DNA of 64,000 nt from Mycoplasmatota bacterium. GTDB taxonomy: Bacteria; Bacillota_I; Bacilli_A; MAG-NZ. Positions 39,115 through 50,475 of the stretch are shown piece by piece; position 1 is the stretch's first letter, and every line of letters begins with the position of its first letter. The translations under genes and the position numbers were made by a program. The DNA lies in the NCBI GenBank assembly GCA_018394315.1, contig CP074575.1:1582615-1646614 (forward strand), written 5' to 3'. The notes under the pieces were generated by a model. The model did not search any database. It worked only from the letters and a program-made list of their open reading frames with translations, and was not told where the DNA came from.

Positions 39115-39765
39115 CTAATCATTACTAATCAGACTTATTCTACTTTTAAGTTTATAATAGTTCTCATCATCAAATGGGACGTTCTTGATTATATTCTCGT
39201 ATTTATTCAACTCATTTTGATAATGATTGATGAAGTTTTTAGTCTTATTGTTTATTATTATAGGTCCGAAAAATATCTCTCTTTCGCTTAGATTCATTTC
39301 ACCTTTTTCGCAAACTAAAATTTCATAGTAACTTTCTTTTTCATATATCATTTCTTCATAGATTATTTTGAAACCAATTTCTTGTAGATGTATTCTTAAT
39401 ATATTACTTGCTACATTTGGTTGTAATATTAATCTTTTGAATTTATTAATGTTCTCATGAGTAAGAATGGTAGCGATTAACTTTCCACCCATACCGGATA
39501 TTATTAAAGTATCAACAACATTATTTAAATGTTCAATTCCATCACTAAGAATTATTTCAATTTTATCTTCTAAGTTATTTTGCTTTACATTCTTTAATGC
39601 CATCTTTAATGGACCTTTACAAACATCAGAAGCAATGACCTTGCTGGCTATGTTATTTTCTATTAGATAAATTGGTAAAAGTGCGTGATCTGTTCCCACA
39701 TCAGCTACAATACTGTTTGGTAGAACGTAATCAGCGCACTTTTTAAGTCTTTTAGATATCTTCAA
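39115..39765 (-). CDS. trmK: tRNA (adenine22-N1)-methyltransferase
   Basis: ADVGTDHALLP, ISGMGG, LILQPN; follows rpoD. Confidence 0.93.
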   Translation of the reverse strand: MKISKRLKKCADYVLPNSIVADVGTDHALLPIYLIENNIASKVIASDVCKGPLKMALKNVKQNNLEDKIEIILSDGIEHLNNVVDTLIISGMGGKLIATILTHENINKFKRLILQPNVASNILRIHLQEIGFKIIYEEMIYEKESYYEILVCEKGEMNLSEREIFFGPIIINNKTKNFINHYQNELNKYENIIKNVPFDDENYYKLKSRISLISND

Positions 39766-39766
39766 G

Positions 39767-41008
39767 TTAATTTGAAATGAAATCCATCAATCGTTTACTT
39801 TTTGAAGGATGACGTAGTTTTCTCAATGCTTTTGCTTCAATCTGTCTAATTCTTTCTCGAGTTACACCGAATTCTTTACCAACTTCTTCTAATGTTCTAG
39901 TTTTTCCATCTAATAAACCAAATCGCATTCTTAGAACTTTTTCTTCTCTATCAGTCAATGTTTCTAAGACCTTATCTAGTTCTACTTTAAGCATTTCTTT
40001 AGTTGTATAATCAATTGGATTAAGGGCATCCTGATCAGGAATGAAGTCACCTAAAGTTGAATCTTCTTCTTCACCTACAGGTGATTCTAAAGATACTGGA
40101 TCTTGAGAAATTTTCTTAATAACATTAATTTTCTCAACACTAATACCTAACTCTTCAGCTAATTCTTGTGGTGAAGGTTCTCTTTTTAGATCTTGTGTCA
40201 TTTTTCTTTGTAACCTAACAACTTTATTTATTTGTTCAACCATATGTACTGGTATACGAATTATTCTAGCTTGATCTGCAATAGCTCTTGTGATGGCTTG
40301 TCTAATCCACCATGTAGCATAAGTAGAAAATTTATAACCTTTTGTGTGATCAAATTTATAAACAGCTTTTATTAAACCTATGTTTCCTTCCTGAATTAAG
40401 TCTAAAAACTGTAGACCTTTTCCAACATGTTTTTTAGCTATAGAAACAACTAAACGTAAATTTGCTTCAACTAGATGGTTTTTTGCAAAGTCACCACGTC
40501 TAACAATATTATCTAATTTTTCTCTCACTGAATCTGTTAATCTACCTTCGGGTGCTAATTCATCTATTTTACTTTGAGCTGTTAAACCTGCTCTTACTCT
40601 TTTAGCGATCTTGATTTCTTCTTCTGAAGAAAGCAAGTCAACTTGACCTATTTCTTTTAAGTACATTCTTACAGGATCATCTGTTTTAACGAAATCTACA
40701 AAATTTGCTAACTTAGATTTTTGATACTCACTCTCTAAATCTTTTACAATCTCATCTTCGGCTAATTCATGTTCATCAATATCTAATGATTCTAGATTAA
40801 AGTTATCAGATTCAAGTGCATAATCGATTAAATCACTTTCATTTACTACGTCAATATCCAGTTTATTTATTTGGTCAATAAATTTTTCGAATTCTTCAGA
40901 TTCAGTTTCAAAAACTAACTTTATGTCTGCGATTGTGATAAAGCCTTCTTTTTTCCCCTTTTCAAGTAACACTTTAACTGGATCTGGATTTGTTCCTTTT
41001 TTACTCAT
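39767..41008 (-). CDS. rpoD: RNA polymerase primary sigma factor
   Basis: [47 protein letters not shown] 41008 after GAGGTGG. Confidence 0.98.
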   Translation of the reverse strand: MSKKGTNPDPVKVLLEKGKKEGFITIADIKLVFETESEEFEKFIDQINKLDIDVVNESDLIDYALESDNFNLESLDIDEHELAEDEIVKDLESEYQKSKLANFVDFVKTDDPVRMYLKEIGQVDLLSSEEEIKIAKRVRAGLTAQSKIDELAPEGRLTDSVREKLDNIVRRGDFAKNHLVEANLRLVVSIAKKHVGKGLQFLDLIQEGNIGLIKAVYKFDHTKGYKFSTYATWWIRQAITRAIADQARIIRIPVHMVEQINKVVRLQRKMTQDLKREPSPQELAEELGISVEKINVIKKISQDPVSLESPVGEEEDSTLGDFIPDQDALNPIDYTTKEMLKVELDKVLETLTDREEKVLRMRFGLLDGKTRTLEEVGKEFGVTRERIRQIEAKALRKLRHPSKSKRLMDFISN

Positions 41009-41018
41009 TACTACCACC

Positions 41019-42731
41019 TCATAATTTCAAATATTTTTGAATATTTCTAATCTTACCAGCAATAATCAACTTATCTTCACTACTTATATTCTTTTTAAAT
41101 TCTTTTTGAAGTTCTGTTAATTGTTGATGGTGCGAGTATTTTTTCAAAGTTTCAATACAATCTGATATTTCCCTTTCAGATAAATATCTTGATTTAGAAA
41201 AACTATTAATAAAATGTTCTCTTAAACTACTTGGTAAAAACTTTATAAATTCATCAAAACTATACTCTAAGTTATTTTGATAATATTTCATAAGAGAATC
41301 TTTTATTAATTGATTCTCTCTTAACACAAATATATCTCCAAGCTGTGTATCTAGTTTTAGTGCTTCACTTTTACTAGTTAACATTGAAAATAATAATGCA
41401 TTTTCTGCTCTTTCAAATTTTGATGGGCTTTTGATTGAAATACCTTTTTTTATTATTCTTTTACCGGAATAACTGAAGTCATCTTTTATTGATTGATAAC
41501 TTACATTTAACTCATTTGCAATCTTATTAAAGAATAGTTCTTGTTGTGTATTTGAACTATTTTTTATAAGTTCAAATATTCTTTTCTTAAATGATTCAAT
41601 TTCATTAAGATTATTTTTGTTTATTTTCGATAGATTATATGTAAATACAAAATCCATCACATTAATTATTCTATTATTGATAAGATTAATAAATTCTTCT
41701 TTAGAGTATTTTCTTATATAATCATCGGGATCTAGACCTTCTGGAATAATTAAAATTTTAACATTAAAATCATTACTCAGATATTTTAATGTACTATATG
41801 CTGCATCTAAGCCTGCTGAATCACCATCGAAACATATTATTATATTTTTAGTTAGTTTTCTTATTAATTCCACGTGCTTTTTGGTGAAGGCAGTACCCAT
41901 AATGGCTACTCCTTCTTTTAATCCAGCGTTATAAGCAGCAATTACATCCATGAATCCTTCGAATAAGATTATCCTATTAGATCTTCTTACCTCATTTTTT
42001 GCGTTGTGATAATTATAGAGTATTTCACTTTTTCTAAATATATGTGATTCTGGTGAATTTACATATTTAGGTCCTTCAACAGAATTGGTTCTTCCACTAA
42101 AGCCTACAATTTTAGAGTCTTCATTCCAAATTGGAAATATAATTCTATCTCTAAAAAGATCATAATATTTATCATTTCTTTTCCGAATTAGTCCTAAATT
42201 AATCATATCTAATGTTTCAATATTTTTTTCTAAAAGAGTTCTATGTAACAAATCACTTTCCGAAGGAGCTAGGCCTATTCTAAACTGTTTAATAGTATCA
42301 ACACTTAATCCTCTATCATACAAATATGTAAGTGCTGATTTACCATGTTTAGTATTTAATAGATATAATTCATATAACTTTGTAGTTTGTTCATTTATAT
42401 CGAAGTATTTAGTGTATTTATTAGTGTATTTGTTGAAATTTATATTAAGATTGATTCCAACTTTATCAGATACTTTCTTTAATGCTTCTATAAAAGTTAT
42501 ATTTTCATAGTCTTGAACAAACTTTATAACATTACCGCCAGCGCCGCAACTAAAACATTTGTATATCTTTTTTTCTTCGGAAACACTCATTGAAGGGTTA
42601 CTGTCATTATGAAAAGGACAAAGACCAATGTAGTTTTTGCCTTTTTTCTCTAAATCTATATATTCACTAATAATGTCTACAATACTTGCGTTTGCAAGGA
42701 CATTTTCAATTTCATTTGGAGATATTTGCAA
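41019..42731 (-). CDS. dnaG: DNA primase
   Basis: CPFH..CFSC zinc finger, [25 protein letters not shown]. Confidence 0.97.
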   Translation of the reverse strand: MQISPNEIENVLANASIVDIISEYIDLEKKGKNYIGLCPFHNDSNPSMSVSEEKKIYKCFSCGAGGNVIKFVQDYENITFIEALKKVSDKVGINLNINFNKYTNKYTKYFDINEQTTKLYELYLLNTKHGKSALTYLYDRGLSVDTIKQFRIGLAPSESDLLHRTLLEKNIETLDMINLGLIRKRNDKYYDLFRDRIIFPIWNEDSKIVGFSGRTNSVEGPKYVNSPESHIFRKSEILYNYHNAKNEVRRSNRIILFEGFMDVIAAYNAGLKEGVAIMGTAFTKKHVELIRKLTKNIIICFDGDSAGLDAAYSTLKYLSNDFNVKILIIPEGLDPDDYIRKYSKEEFINLINNRIINVMDFVFTYNLSKINKNNLNEIESFKKRIFELIKNSSNTQQELFFNKIANELNVSYQSIKDDFSYSGKRIIKKGISIKSPSKFERAENALLFSMLTSKSEALKLDTQLGDIFVLRENQLIKDSLMKYYQNNLEYSFDEFIKFLPSSLREHFINSFSKSRYLSEREISDCIETLKKYSHHQQLTELQKEFKKNISSEDKLIIAGKIRNIQKYLKL

Positions 42732-42747
42732 ATCATATCACCTCTTC

Positions 42748-44121
42748 TTAATAGAAAAGTTTGTTGTTTAAATATGGTATTAATTCATCCACTTTTAAAG
42801 TTATTTGTTCCATAGAATCACGGTCTCTAAGTGTTACGGTATTATTATTCGTTGTCTCATCATCAATTGTTATACAATATGGAGTTCCAATAACATCTTG
42901 TCTTCGATACCTTTTACCAATTTTTCCTGTTTCATCATAACTTGTTGAAAAATATTTATTTACTAAATTAAATAGTTCGACTGCTTTTTCTGAATGATAC
43001 TTTTTGATTAAAGGTAATACCGAAACTTTATATGGAGCTAATGCTGGATGCAAATGCAAAATTTCCCTTGTTTCACCATTATCCAATGTTTCTTCATCAT
43101 AAGCTTCGCATAAGAACATTAATGCAGCTCTATCAGCACCAATTGTAGATTCAATTACGAAAGGCACGTATTTTTCATTTGTTTCAGGATCTAAATAATG
43201 CATTGCCTTCTTTGAATGATCTTGATGTTGGGTTAAATCAAAATTGGTTCTATTATGTGTTCCATTAACTTCTCCCCATCCTAAAGGGAATAGGTATTCA
43301 ATATCACAAGCAGCTTTAGCATAATGTGCTAATTTTTCATGATCGTGATATCTTAAATGCTCATCCCTAATTCCTAAATCTAAAAATAAATCTTTTGAAA
43401 AATTTTTAAAAAATTCATAAAATTCATCATCAGTACCAGGTTTACAAAACAACTGATACTCCATCTGTTCAAATTCAATTGTTCTAAAAGTAAAATTACC
43501 TGGTGTAATTTCATTTCTAAAAGCTTTCCCAACTTGTCCTATTCCAAATGGTATTTTAGCTCTTAGTGATCTTTGTACATTTAAGAAGTTTACAAACTGT
43601 CCTTGAGCTGTTTCAGGTCTTAAATATATTTCATTCTTATTGTCTTCAGTAACTCCACGGTGAGTCTTGAACATGAGATTGAATTCTCTTATCTCTGTAT
43701 AATTATGTGCACCACAATTAGGACAAACAATATTATTTTTGTTTATGTATTCCATCATTTCTTCTTTTGACCAGCCGTCAGCAGTTACTAAACCATTAGT
43801 ATAGTTCTCTATTAAACTATCTGATCTATGTCTTGTTTTACATTCTTTACAGTCCATTAATGGGTCATTGAACCCACCAACATGTCCAGAAGCAACCCAT
43901 ACATTTGGATTCATTAAGATAGATGCATCTATTCCATAACTGTTCATTCTTTCTTGAATATATTTCTTCCACCAAATTTTTTTAATATTATTTTTAAGTT
44001 CAACGCCAAGTGGTCCATAATCCCAAGTATTAGCTAAACCACCATAGATTTCACTACCTTGATAAATAAATCCATGCGTCTTACTAAATGCAACAATTTT
44101 ATCCATAGTTAATTTTGTCAT
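42748..44121 (-). CDS. glyS: Glycine--tRNA ligase (single-subunit, homodimeric type)
   Basis: EIYGGLANTWDYGPLG, YLRPETAQG, FRNEITPGNF, IGKRYRRQD; ATG 44121 after GGAGG. Confidence 0.96.
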   Translation of the reverse strand: MTKLTMDKIVAFSKTHGFIYQGSEIYGGLANTWDYGPLGVELKNNIKKIWWKKYIQERMNSYGIDASILMNPNVWVASGHVGGFNDPLMDCKECKTRHRSDSLIENYTNGLVTADGWSKEEMMEYINKNNIVCPNCGAHNYTEIREFNLMFKTHRGVTEDNKNEIYLRPETAQGQFVNFLNVQRSLRAKIPFGIGQVGKAFRNEITPGNFTFRTIEFEQMEYQLFCKPGTDDEFYEFFKNFSKDLFLDLGIRDEHLRYHDHEKLAHYAKAACDIEYLFPLGWGEVNGTHNRTNFDLTQHQDHSKKAMHYLDPETNEKYVPFVIESTIGADRAALMFLCEAYDEETLDNGETREILHLHPALAPYKVSVLPLIKKYHSEKAVELFNLVNKYFSTSYDETGKIGKRYRRQDVIGTPYCITIDDETTNNNTVTLRDRDSMEQITLKVDELIPYLNNKLFY

Positions 44122-44252
44122 AACATCCTCCGTCACTGTTTCTTCCATTATGTATATATGTCGTTTTTAAGCAACTTTAATTTTATCACATATATACATT
44201 TTTTTCTACATTTAATTTTCATAAAATGTCATATAATAATCTTAATTTCTAA

Positions 44253-44819
44253 ATGAAAGGGGGAATCATCATTAGTAAATTATTTATAATAGAAGTAATA
44301 ATTGGATCTATATTTATATTTTTAATGGGATTTATATTACACGATATGTATGATTTATTAGAACATAATTATTTTTCAAGTATATTTCCTGTTAATGAAA
44401 GTGTTTGGGAGCACACTAAGTTATTTTTTTTAGGTTCGGTCATTTATGGTTTAATTCAATCGGTTTTCATTAAAGAATTACCTGATAATTTTTGGTTTGC
44501 GAAAATTGCTTCTTTCTTAGTAAGCAGTATACTTACAGTTTTAATGTATTTCTTCATAACTGATGTATTCTTTAATGGAAAGCACAATTTAGTTGTAACA
44601 ATAATTATATTTTTGCTTGCGATTATAATAGGACAGTATAAAAGTTACCAACTTTTAACTAAAGAAATATCTTTTCCTAATATAAAAGAAATATCAATAG
44701 TTCTAATAATAATGATATTTCTAAGTTATTTTTATTTAACATATAATCCTATTGAAAGTAGATTATTCCTAGACGAAAGTGTAAATAAATACGGTATTTA
44801 TGCTAATCTATCTAAATAA
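44253..44819 (+). CDS. DUF6512-like membrane protein
   Basis: LHDMYD..FPVNESVWEHTKLFF motif, about 5 TMs; exact start uncertain (SD AAGGGGG lies inside the first codons). Confidence 0.7.
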   Translation: MKGGIIISKLFIIEVIIGSIFIFLMGFILHDMYDLLEHNYFSSIFPVNESVWEHTKLFFLGSVIYGLIQSVFIKELPDNFWFAKIASFLVSSILTVLMYFFITDVFFNGKHNLVVTIIIFLLAIIIGQYKSYQLLTKEISFPNIKEISIVLIIMIFLSYFYLTYNPIESRLFLDESVNKYGIYANLSK

Positions 44820-45518
44820 GTTTATTGACATTAAAATTAAAAACACTGCAACGAAACGGTTGAAAACTGTTTCGTTTAATTTTGTACTAATTCTAGAACC
44901 GACTAATCCTCCTATTATTGCAAAAGGAATTAATATTGTTGAATATCTTATTACTTCCATTGAAACTAACCCTGCACTTGCAAAAGATAACGCTGCAAAG
45001 ATATTCATAAAAAAGAAATATGTTATTAATGTAGCTCTAAATTCCATTTTACTAACTTTTAAATTAGATAAAAAAATAAGGACTGGTGGTCCGCTTATTC
45101 CTGAGACTCCATTTAAAAGACCTGATACAGCTCCTACTGGGAAAAATAACTTGTCTGGTTTTTTAATATTAGGGTTCAAGTTAAAAAGTTTCATAATTGC
45201 AACTATTAGTAATATTCCCGCTAGAATTTTAGTCAATATGTTAGTATCTAAAGTTACTAAAAATCTGGATCCTATATAAGTGAATATTGCTCCACCTACT
45301 AATAATAAGAGGATTCTTTTGTAATTAACATGTTTTCGTAAATTCAAAAACAATGAAAAATTACTAGTTAAATTAATAAAAATCATGGTCGCAATCATAA
45401 TTTTAATATCAATAATCATACTACCTAATGGAATAATCATCATACTCGAACCGAATCCTGTTAATCCCTGTACAAATATTCCCATAAAAACTATTATAAT
45501 CAAAATGAGTATGTCCAT
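44808..45518 (-). CDS. TauE/SafE-family (sulfite exporter-like) membrane protein
   Basis: VQGLTGFGS, GLLNGVSGISGPP, FRATL. Confidence 0.85.
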   Translation of the reverse strand: MDILILIIIVFMGIFVQGLTGFGSSMMIIPLGSMIIDIKIMIATMIFINLTSNFSLFLNLRKHVNYKRILLLLVGGAIFTYIGSRFLVTLDTNILTKILAGILLIVAIMKLFNLNPNIKKPDKLFFPVGAVSGLLNGVSGISGPPVLIFLSNLKVSKMEFRATLITYFFFMNIFAALSFASAGLVSMEVIRYSTILIPFAIIGGLVGSRISTKLNETVFNRFVAVFLILMSINLFR

Positions 45519-45544
45519 AAAACCTCCATCAATAAAGTTAATAT

Positions 45545-46258
45545 TTAATATCCATAAATTTGTCCAATTATTTCTCTTGATTTACTCTTGAAGTTCATAT
45601 AGTGTTGGTAATAATCATCAATTATTTTCCTTGTTAGCTTCCTGTTAATGCTATAATCAAATTCTCTAGATAAATCGTGATAATATAGTTTATAGATACC
45701 CGTGATAAACTCTATATCGAAAATGGAATAATCAGTTTTATGTTGACTACATATCATTCCACCTCTATAAACGTCAAATCCTATAGTTTCATTCGAATCA
45801 CAATCAGCACATCTGTTAAATACTGGATTTATACCTAATAAGTACAAAAACTTAAGTTCAAAAACAAAGGATATTAACTCGACGTCAATACCTTTTTCTA
45901 TTCTATCTAAAGTTATATTTAAAAATTTATAAAGTGTTGAAAAATCAATATCTGTAGATAATTTATAAATTACCTCAAATATATGAGATACATATGATGT
46001 TTTTTCTAAGTCCTGGGTAATACCTAAATACGGGTTAACAACATCCCCGTTATACAGTAATGGTAATTTTTTTGATTCGGATTGATTATATGATATTTTA
46101 CTAATTGTTTGACACAATTGTCTTAGGGGGCTTTTTAATTTTCTCGCACCTTTGGCTAGTAAACTTACAATTCCAGAATCTGTTATTAAATATATGATTT
46201 TACTTGAATCTGTGTAATCAATGCTCTTGATCAGTATCCCTTCGTAATTGTTTGCCAT
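45545..46258 (-). CDS. recO: DNA repair protein RecO
   Basis: EGILIKSIDY.DSSKII, AKGARK, LGINP..RCADC..GGMIC; position after era. Confidence 0.9.
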   Translation of the reverse strand: MANNYEGILIKSIDYTDSSKIIYLITDSGIVSLLAKGARKLKSPLRQLCQTISKISYNQSESKKLPLLYNGDVVNPYLGITQDLEKTSYVSHIFEVIYKLSTDIDFSTLYKFLNITLDRIEKGIDVELISFVFELKFLYLLGINPVFNRCADCDSNETIGFDVYRGGMICSQHKTDYSIFDIEFITGIYKLYYHDLSREFDYSINRKLTRKIIDDYYQHYMNFKSKSREIIGQIYGY

Positions 46259-46346
46259 TTAATCCCCCATACTTATCTAAACCCAATCTGTATTTCAGAT
46301 AATCTTCAATTTTTCCTGTTTCTAAAAATTTTTTCCAATGTTCCAT
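46218..46346 (-). CDS. yqzL: YqzL-family small protein (42 aa), not in ORF track
   Basis: MEHWKKFLETGKIEDYLKYR... (WxxFxxTGxIxxYL), SD GGAG, located between era and recO. Confidence 0.8.
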   Translation of the reverse strand: MEHWKKFLETGKIEDYLKYRLGLDKYGGLNGKQLRRDTDQEH

Positions 46347-46406
46347 ATGACAGTCTCCAATCTATTATACTTTAATAATAGTTTTGTCATATTTCGCTAT
46401 TTTATT

Positions 46407-47303
46407 CTAGTAATCATCGTTCTTATAACCAAATTCATTTAATCTAGATAAGTTGTTTCGCCAGTCTTTTTGCACTTTTACCCATAAATCTAAAAAGACG
46501 GGTGAACCTAATCTTTTTTTAATTTCTTTTCTAGCTCTTGAACCAATTTTTGTGAGCATCGAACCTTGTTTGCCTATAATAATTCCCTTTTGGGATTTTC
46601 TTTCAATTATAATACTAGCCACAATATTGATATAACCTTCATCATCTTTTTCCATTGATTCAACAACAACTGCAACTGCATGTGGCACTTCTTCTTTTGT
46701 TAAGTGTAATACTTTTTCTCTTATAATTTCCTGTATAATAAATTTTTCCGGATGATTAGTAATCATATCAACAGGATAATATTTTGGTCCTTCGTTTAGA
46801 TTCTCTTTTATAACTTTTATTAAGTGATCAACGTTATCTAATTTTAATGCACTAATTGGTATAATTTCATCAAAATTAAACATCTGATTGTATTCTGCGA
46901 TTCTAGTAAGAACTTCGTTTTTATTTTTTGCTAAATCAATTTTATTAATCAATAAATAAATAGGAATATTGTTATTCTCAATTATACTTAGAATAAATTT
47001 ATCACCTTTACCCAGTGGTTCATCAAAAGGAACCATGAATAAAATTATGTCAACTTCATCTATTGAAGAGGTTGCCATATCATTAATAACTTTTCCTAAT
47101 TCATGTTTAGGTTTATGGATTCCCGGAGTATCAATGAAAATTATTTGTGATTCATCATCAGTGTAAACACCATGGATTTTATTTCTGGTTGTCTGAGCTT
47201 TATCACTCATTATAGCGATTTTTTGTTTTAATACACCATTTATAAACGTACTTTTCCCGACATTTGGTCTACCAACTATAGTAACAAACCCTGATTTAAA
47301 CAT
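46407..47303 (-). CDS. era: GTPase Era
   Basis: GRPNVGKST, QTTRN, DTPG, NKID, KH domain GIIIGKQG. Confidence 0.97.
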   Translation of the reverse strand: MFKSGFVTIVGRPNVGKSTFINGVLKQKIAIMSDKAQTTRNKIHGVYTDDESQIIFIDTPGIHKPKHELGKVINDMATSSIDEVDIILFMVPFDEPLGKGDKFILSIIENNNIPIYLLINKIDLAKNKNEVLTRIAEYNQMFNFDEIIPISALKLDNVDHLIKVIKENLNEGPKYYPVDMITNHPEKFIIQEIIREKVLHLTKEEVPHAVAVVVESMEKDDEGYINIVASIIIERKSQKGIIIGKQGSMLTKIGSRARKEIKKRLGSPVFLDLWVKVQKDWRNNLSRLNEFGYKNDDY

Positions 47304-47695
47304 TATAAATCATCTGGCCCAAATGAAAATGGTAAAAGCTCATTTATTATTGTACGTTTAATATCGCCTTTGAAATTACTTAAATATATTTCACATGACT
47401 TGGGAAGAAGTTCATTCATAACTTGTCTACAGGCTCCACAAGGGCTACAAGGACCCTCAGTATCTGCAACTACTGCCATTGCTTTTATATCACCTTGTTT
47501 GTACCCCAATGAGTATACAGAGAAAAGAGCGCTTCTTTCAGCGCAATTTGTTAAGCCATATGAGGCGTTTTCTACATTAACTCCAGTAATAATTTTACCA
47601 TTAGTAAGTTCAACAGCTGCACCAACGTTAAACTTAGAATAGGGAGTATATGCGTTTTTGCTAGCTACGATTGCTTCTTCTATTAATTTATTCAT
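47303..47695 (-). CDS. cdd: Cytidine deaminase
   Basis: AYTPYSKFNVGAA, NCAE, SPCGACRQ. Confidence 0.96.
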   Translation of the reverse strand: MNKLIEEAIVASKNAYTPYSKFNVGAAVELTNGKIITGVNVENASYGLTNCAERSALFSVYSLGYKQGDIKAMAVVADTEGPCSPCGACRQVMNELLPKSCEIYLSNFKGDIKRTIINELLPFSFGPDDL

Positions 47696-48113
47696 AAACT
47701 GCCTCCATTATTTTGTCTTGAATTTCAAACATTTCTTTATACTCCTCTTGAGTCTCATGATCATATCCAAGAGAATGTAAGAATCCATGTATAAACATGA
47801 AACTGAGTTCTTTTTCAAATGAATGATCGAACTCAAGTGCTTGCTCTTTCACTTTGTCAATTGAAATGAATATATCTCCTAGATAGTCGTCATCGCCTAT
47901 AAAAGTAAGAACATCTGTTGGATAATTTTTATCACGATATGTTTTGTTCATTTCTTGCATTTCAGGATTGTTTAAGAAAATAAAACTTATTTCTTTTTGC
48001 TTATTTATTTTCATAATATTCGATGCAATGTTCATTATAGAATCACCTAATTTCTCATATGACTCTATTGATGAATTGGTCTTGTTAAAGTAATTAATAT
48101 TAATTGTTTTCAT
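47688..48113 (-). CDS. ybeY: rRNA maturation RNase YbeY
   Basis: PTDVLTF, LGDIFIS, HGFLHSLGYDH. Confidence 0.95.
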   Translation of the reverse strand: MKTININYFNKTNSSIESYEKLGDSIMNIASNIMKINKQKEISFIFLNNPEMQEMNKTYRDKNYPTDVLTFIGDDDYLGDIFISIDKVKEQALEFDHSFEKELSFMFIHGFLHSLGYDHETQEEYKEMFEIQDKIMEAVYE

Positions 48114-49068
48114 ATTTTTCGTACTTTCTAAGGATTTCTTGAACTAATGGGTGTCTAATAACATCTACTTTGCTAAAATGGACGACTTCAATGCCATTCA
48201 CACTTTCTAATAATTTTGATGCGATTATTAACCCTGATTTTTCATTTCCTGGTAAATCTATTTGAGTAACATCACCAGTTATAATCATTTTTGAATTTAG
48301 TCCTAGTCTAGTTAAAAACATCTTCATCTGCTTACCTGTTGTATTTTGTGCCTCATCTAATATTATATATGCATTGTCAAGTGTTCTTCCTCGCATATAG
48401 GCTAGAGGAGCTATCTCAATAACACCTTTTTCAATTAGTAGTTCTACATTTTCTTTTCCTAAAACATCATGCAAAGCATCATATAATGGTTGCAAATATG
48501 GGTCCACTTTTTCCTTTAAATCACCTGGTAAAAAGCCAAGACTCTCACCAGCTTCTACGGCTGGTCTAGTAAGAATAATTTTACTAATGCCATTCTTTTT
48601 AAGTTTGGCTATTGCATTAATAACCGCAACATAAGTTTTACCAGTACCAGCAGGACCGATTCCAAATACCAAGTCACTATTATTAATTGCATCTAAATAT
48701 CTATTTTGCTGAATAGACTTAGAATATAGAGTTTTACCCATATGAGTTCTAACTATTTGGTAACGTTTAGAATATACCTCAATAGCTTTATCTAAATCAT
48801 TTTCTTTAACCATATTACATAAATAAGTAATATCGCGTAAATTTATTGATATATCTTTAGAAATTATCAATTTCAATGCTTTCAACACTTCAGTTATTTG
48901 ATTAATAATATTCTCATCTGTAGTGTCAACAAAAATTTCATCACCTCTTGTCAAGATATCCACGGCAAAAAATCGTTCAAAAGTTTTTATGTTTTTATCG
49001 TTATTTCCAATTATTAACTGAGCTTCATTAAAGTTTGCAAAATTAACATTAAGTTTAGTTAGATTCAA
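48100..49068 (-). CDS. phoH: PhoH-family ATPase
   Basis: GPAGTGKT, RPAVEAGESLGFLPG, YMRGRT, LDEAQN. Confidence 0.95.
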   Translation of the reverse strand: MNLTKLNVNFANFNEAQLIIGNNDKNIKTFERFFAVDILTRGDEIFVDTTDENIINQITEVLKALKLIISKDISINLRDITYLCNMVKENDLDKAIEVYSKRYQIVRTHMGKTLYSKSIQQNRYLDAINNSDLVFGIGPAGTGKTYVAVINAIAKLKKNGISKIILTRPAVEAGESLGFLPGDLKEKVDPYLQPLYDALHDVLGKENVELLIEKGVIEIAPLAYMRGRTLDNAYIILDEAQNTTGKQMKMFLTRLGLNSKMIITGDVTQIDLPGNEKSGLIIASKLLESVNGIEVVHFSKVDVIRHPLVQEILRKYEKYENN

Positions 49069-50155
49069 ATTCGACTACTCCTTTAAAATATGCTATATTT
49101 TCATACTTCCTTGTTAATGTTGTGATGATAAACGTATCATCATCTTCTGAAACTGAAAGTACAATTACTTCTTTAATACTCTCAAATGAATGGACTTGAT
49201 TTACTAAAAATTCATCATATATTTCTGATAGAACAAAGTCTACTGCATTATCTTTATTGTACACATTAATTATATCATCTTTTTCAATATATTGCACTCT
49301 TTTGACCGCTAATATTCTAGGTATAGAAAATAAACTTTTTGTCTGTTGTTCGTAGTCTTCAAAAAGTATATTAGTATTTACTTTCTTCCCAAATAATTCA
49401 ATCTCAAACTTTTCAGATATTCTTCCAGTTTTTTTAGAAACAGTAGTTATTTTATCTATATAAAAAGTGTTTCTTTCTATAGTTTCAGCTATTACATATC
49501 CTTCTGATCTTACAAATTCAGTCTCACTTAATGCTCCTGTAACCAGTATATCGCCATATTTAACATGTTGATTATACTCAAATTGTGGTTTTCCCTTTCT
49601 AACATCTAGTAATTTAATAATTCCATTCTTAAATGCAATAAGGCTTCCTGGCTTATCGTTGTCTGAAATTTTCAAGTCATCAAGTGGAGAATCATTTATA
49701 TTTACTGTTAAAAGCCTTCCATTTTTTTCAATATTGATCCATTCATAATCAATAAACTCGCTTCTAAGAGAGTTATTAATAGAAATAATATCTGTTTTAA
49801 GTACTGAAATACCGAATACTTCTAAAATATAGTTATCAAGGTAATCAATGATTTCTTCTTGATTTTCAGCCTTTGATGAAAATCTAATTTCCTTGATAGA
49901 ATTCATATTAAATATACTAATAGTACAAAACAAAATTATTCCTATTAAAAATCCCATATTTCTACTAAGTGTATTATTGTTATAATAACTTCTTATTAGT
50001 TTGTATGGAATATTCTTATCATTAAGTTTATTTATCATATTATCACTAACACTAAATTCAACATATTCATTCAAGTATATTAAATTACTTAATCTTATAA
50101 AATAACTATTAATTTTAAATGTACTTGTACGCATTCTTATTCGGTTCTTATTCAT
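49055..50155 (-). CDS. yqfD: Sporulation protein YqfD-like
   Basis: Single TM, WINIEKNG, PGSLIAFKNGII...GKPQ...VKYGDILVTG...VRSEGYVIA; position upstream of phoH. Confidence 0.8.
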   Translation of the reverse strand: MNKNRIRMRTSTFKINSYFIRLSNLIYLNEYVEFSVSDNMINKLNDKNIPYKLIRSYYNNNTLSRNMGFLIGIILFCTISIFNMNSIKEIRFSSKAENQEEIIDYLDNYILEVFGISVLKTDIISINNSLRSEFIDYEWINIEKNGRLLTVNINDSPLDDLKISDNDKPGSLIAFKNGIIKLLDVRKGKPQFEYNQHVKYGDILVTGALSETEFVRSEGYVIAETIERNTFYIDKITTVSKKTGRISEKFEIELFGKKVNTNILFEDYEQQTKSLFSIPRILAVKRVQYIEKDDIINVYNKDNAVDFVLSEIYDEFLVNQVHSFESIKEVIVLSVSEDDDTFIITTLTRKYENIAYFKGVVEFESN

Positions 50156-50420
50156 TATACCTCCTTCTTATACTAAGGATGTGTCCAGTGATTTTCATTG
50201 TACTTTTATCCAGTGAAATTATTCTAATATTCTCGCCTTCAATAATATATTTGTTTATAACAACAATTTCATTAGAAATATCTAGTATGTTACCATAATT
50301 GTATATCTCAATATAATTCTCATACATGATTATTTTAGGCTTGTTAAAATATTCACTTGGAAAGGACTGTCTTAAAATATTTTTCATCCTTACATTATAT
50401 GAATTATATTGTTGAAACAT
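50148..50420 (-). CDS. yqfC: YabP/YqfC-family protein (start uncertain, alternative ATG 50387)
   Basis: PKI..IEIYNYGNIL..IIEGENIRI..MKITGHILSI; position upstream of yqfD. Confidence 0.7.
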   Translation of the reverse strand: MFQQYNSYNVRMKNILRQSFPSEYFNKPKIIMYENYIEIYNYGNILDISNEIVVINKYIIEGENIRIISLDKSTMKITGHILSIRRRYNE

Positions 50421-50433
50421 TATATGAACGTAT

Positions 50434-50462
50434 AAAAAAACTAACCTCTATTACTGGGTTAG
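50434..50462 (-). terminator. Terminator after rpsU
   Basis: CTAACC...GGTTAG stem plus 7 T on minus strand. Confidence 0.7.
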
Positions 50463-50475
50463 CTAGTTTAAATAT

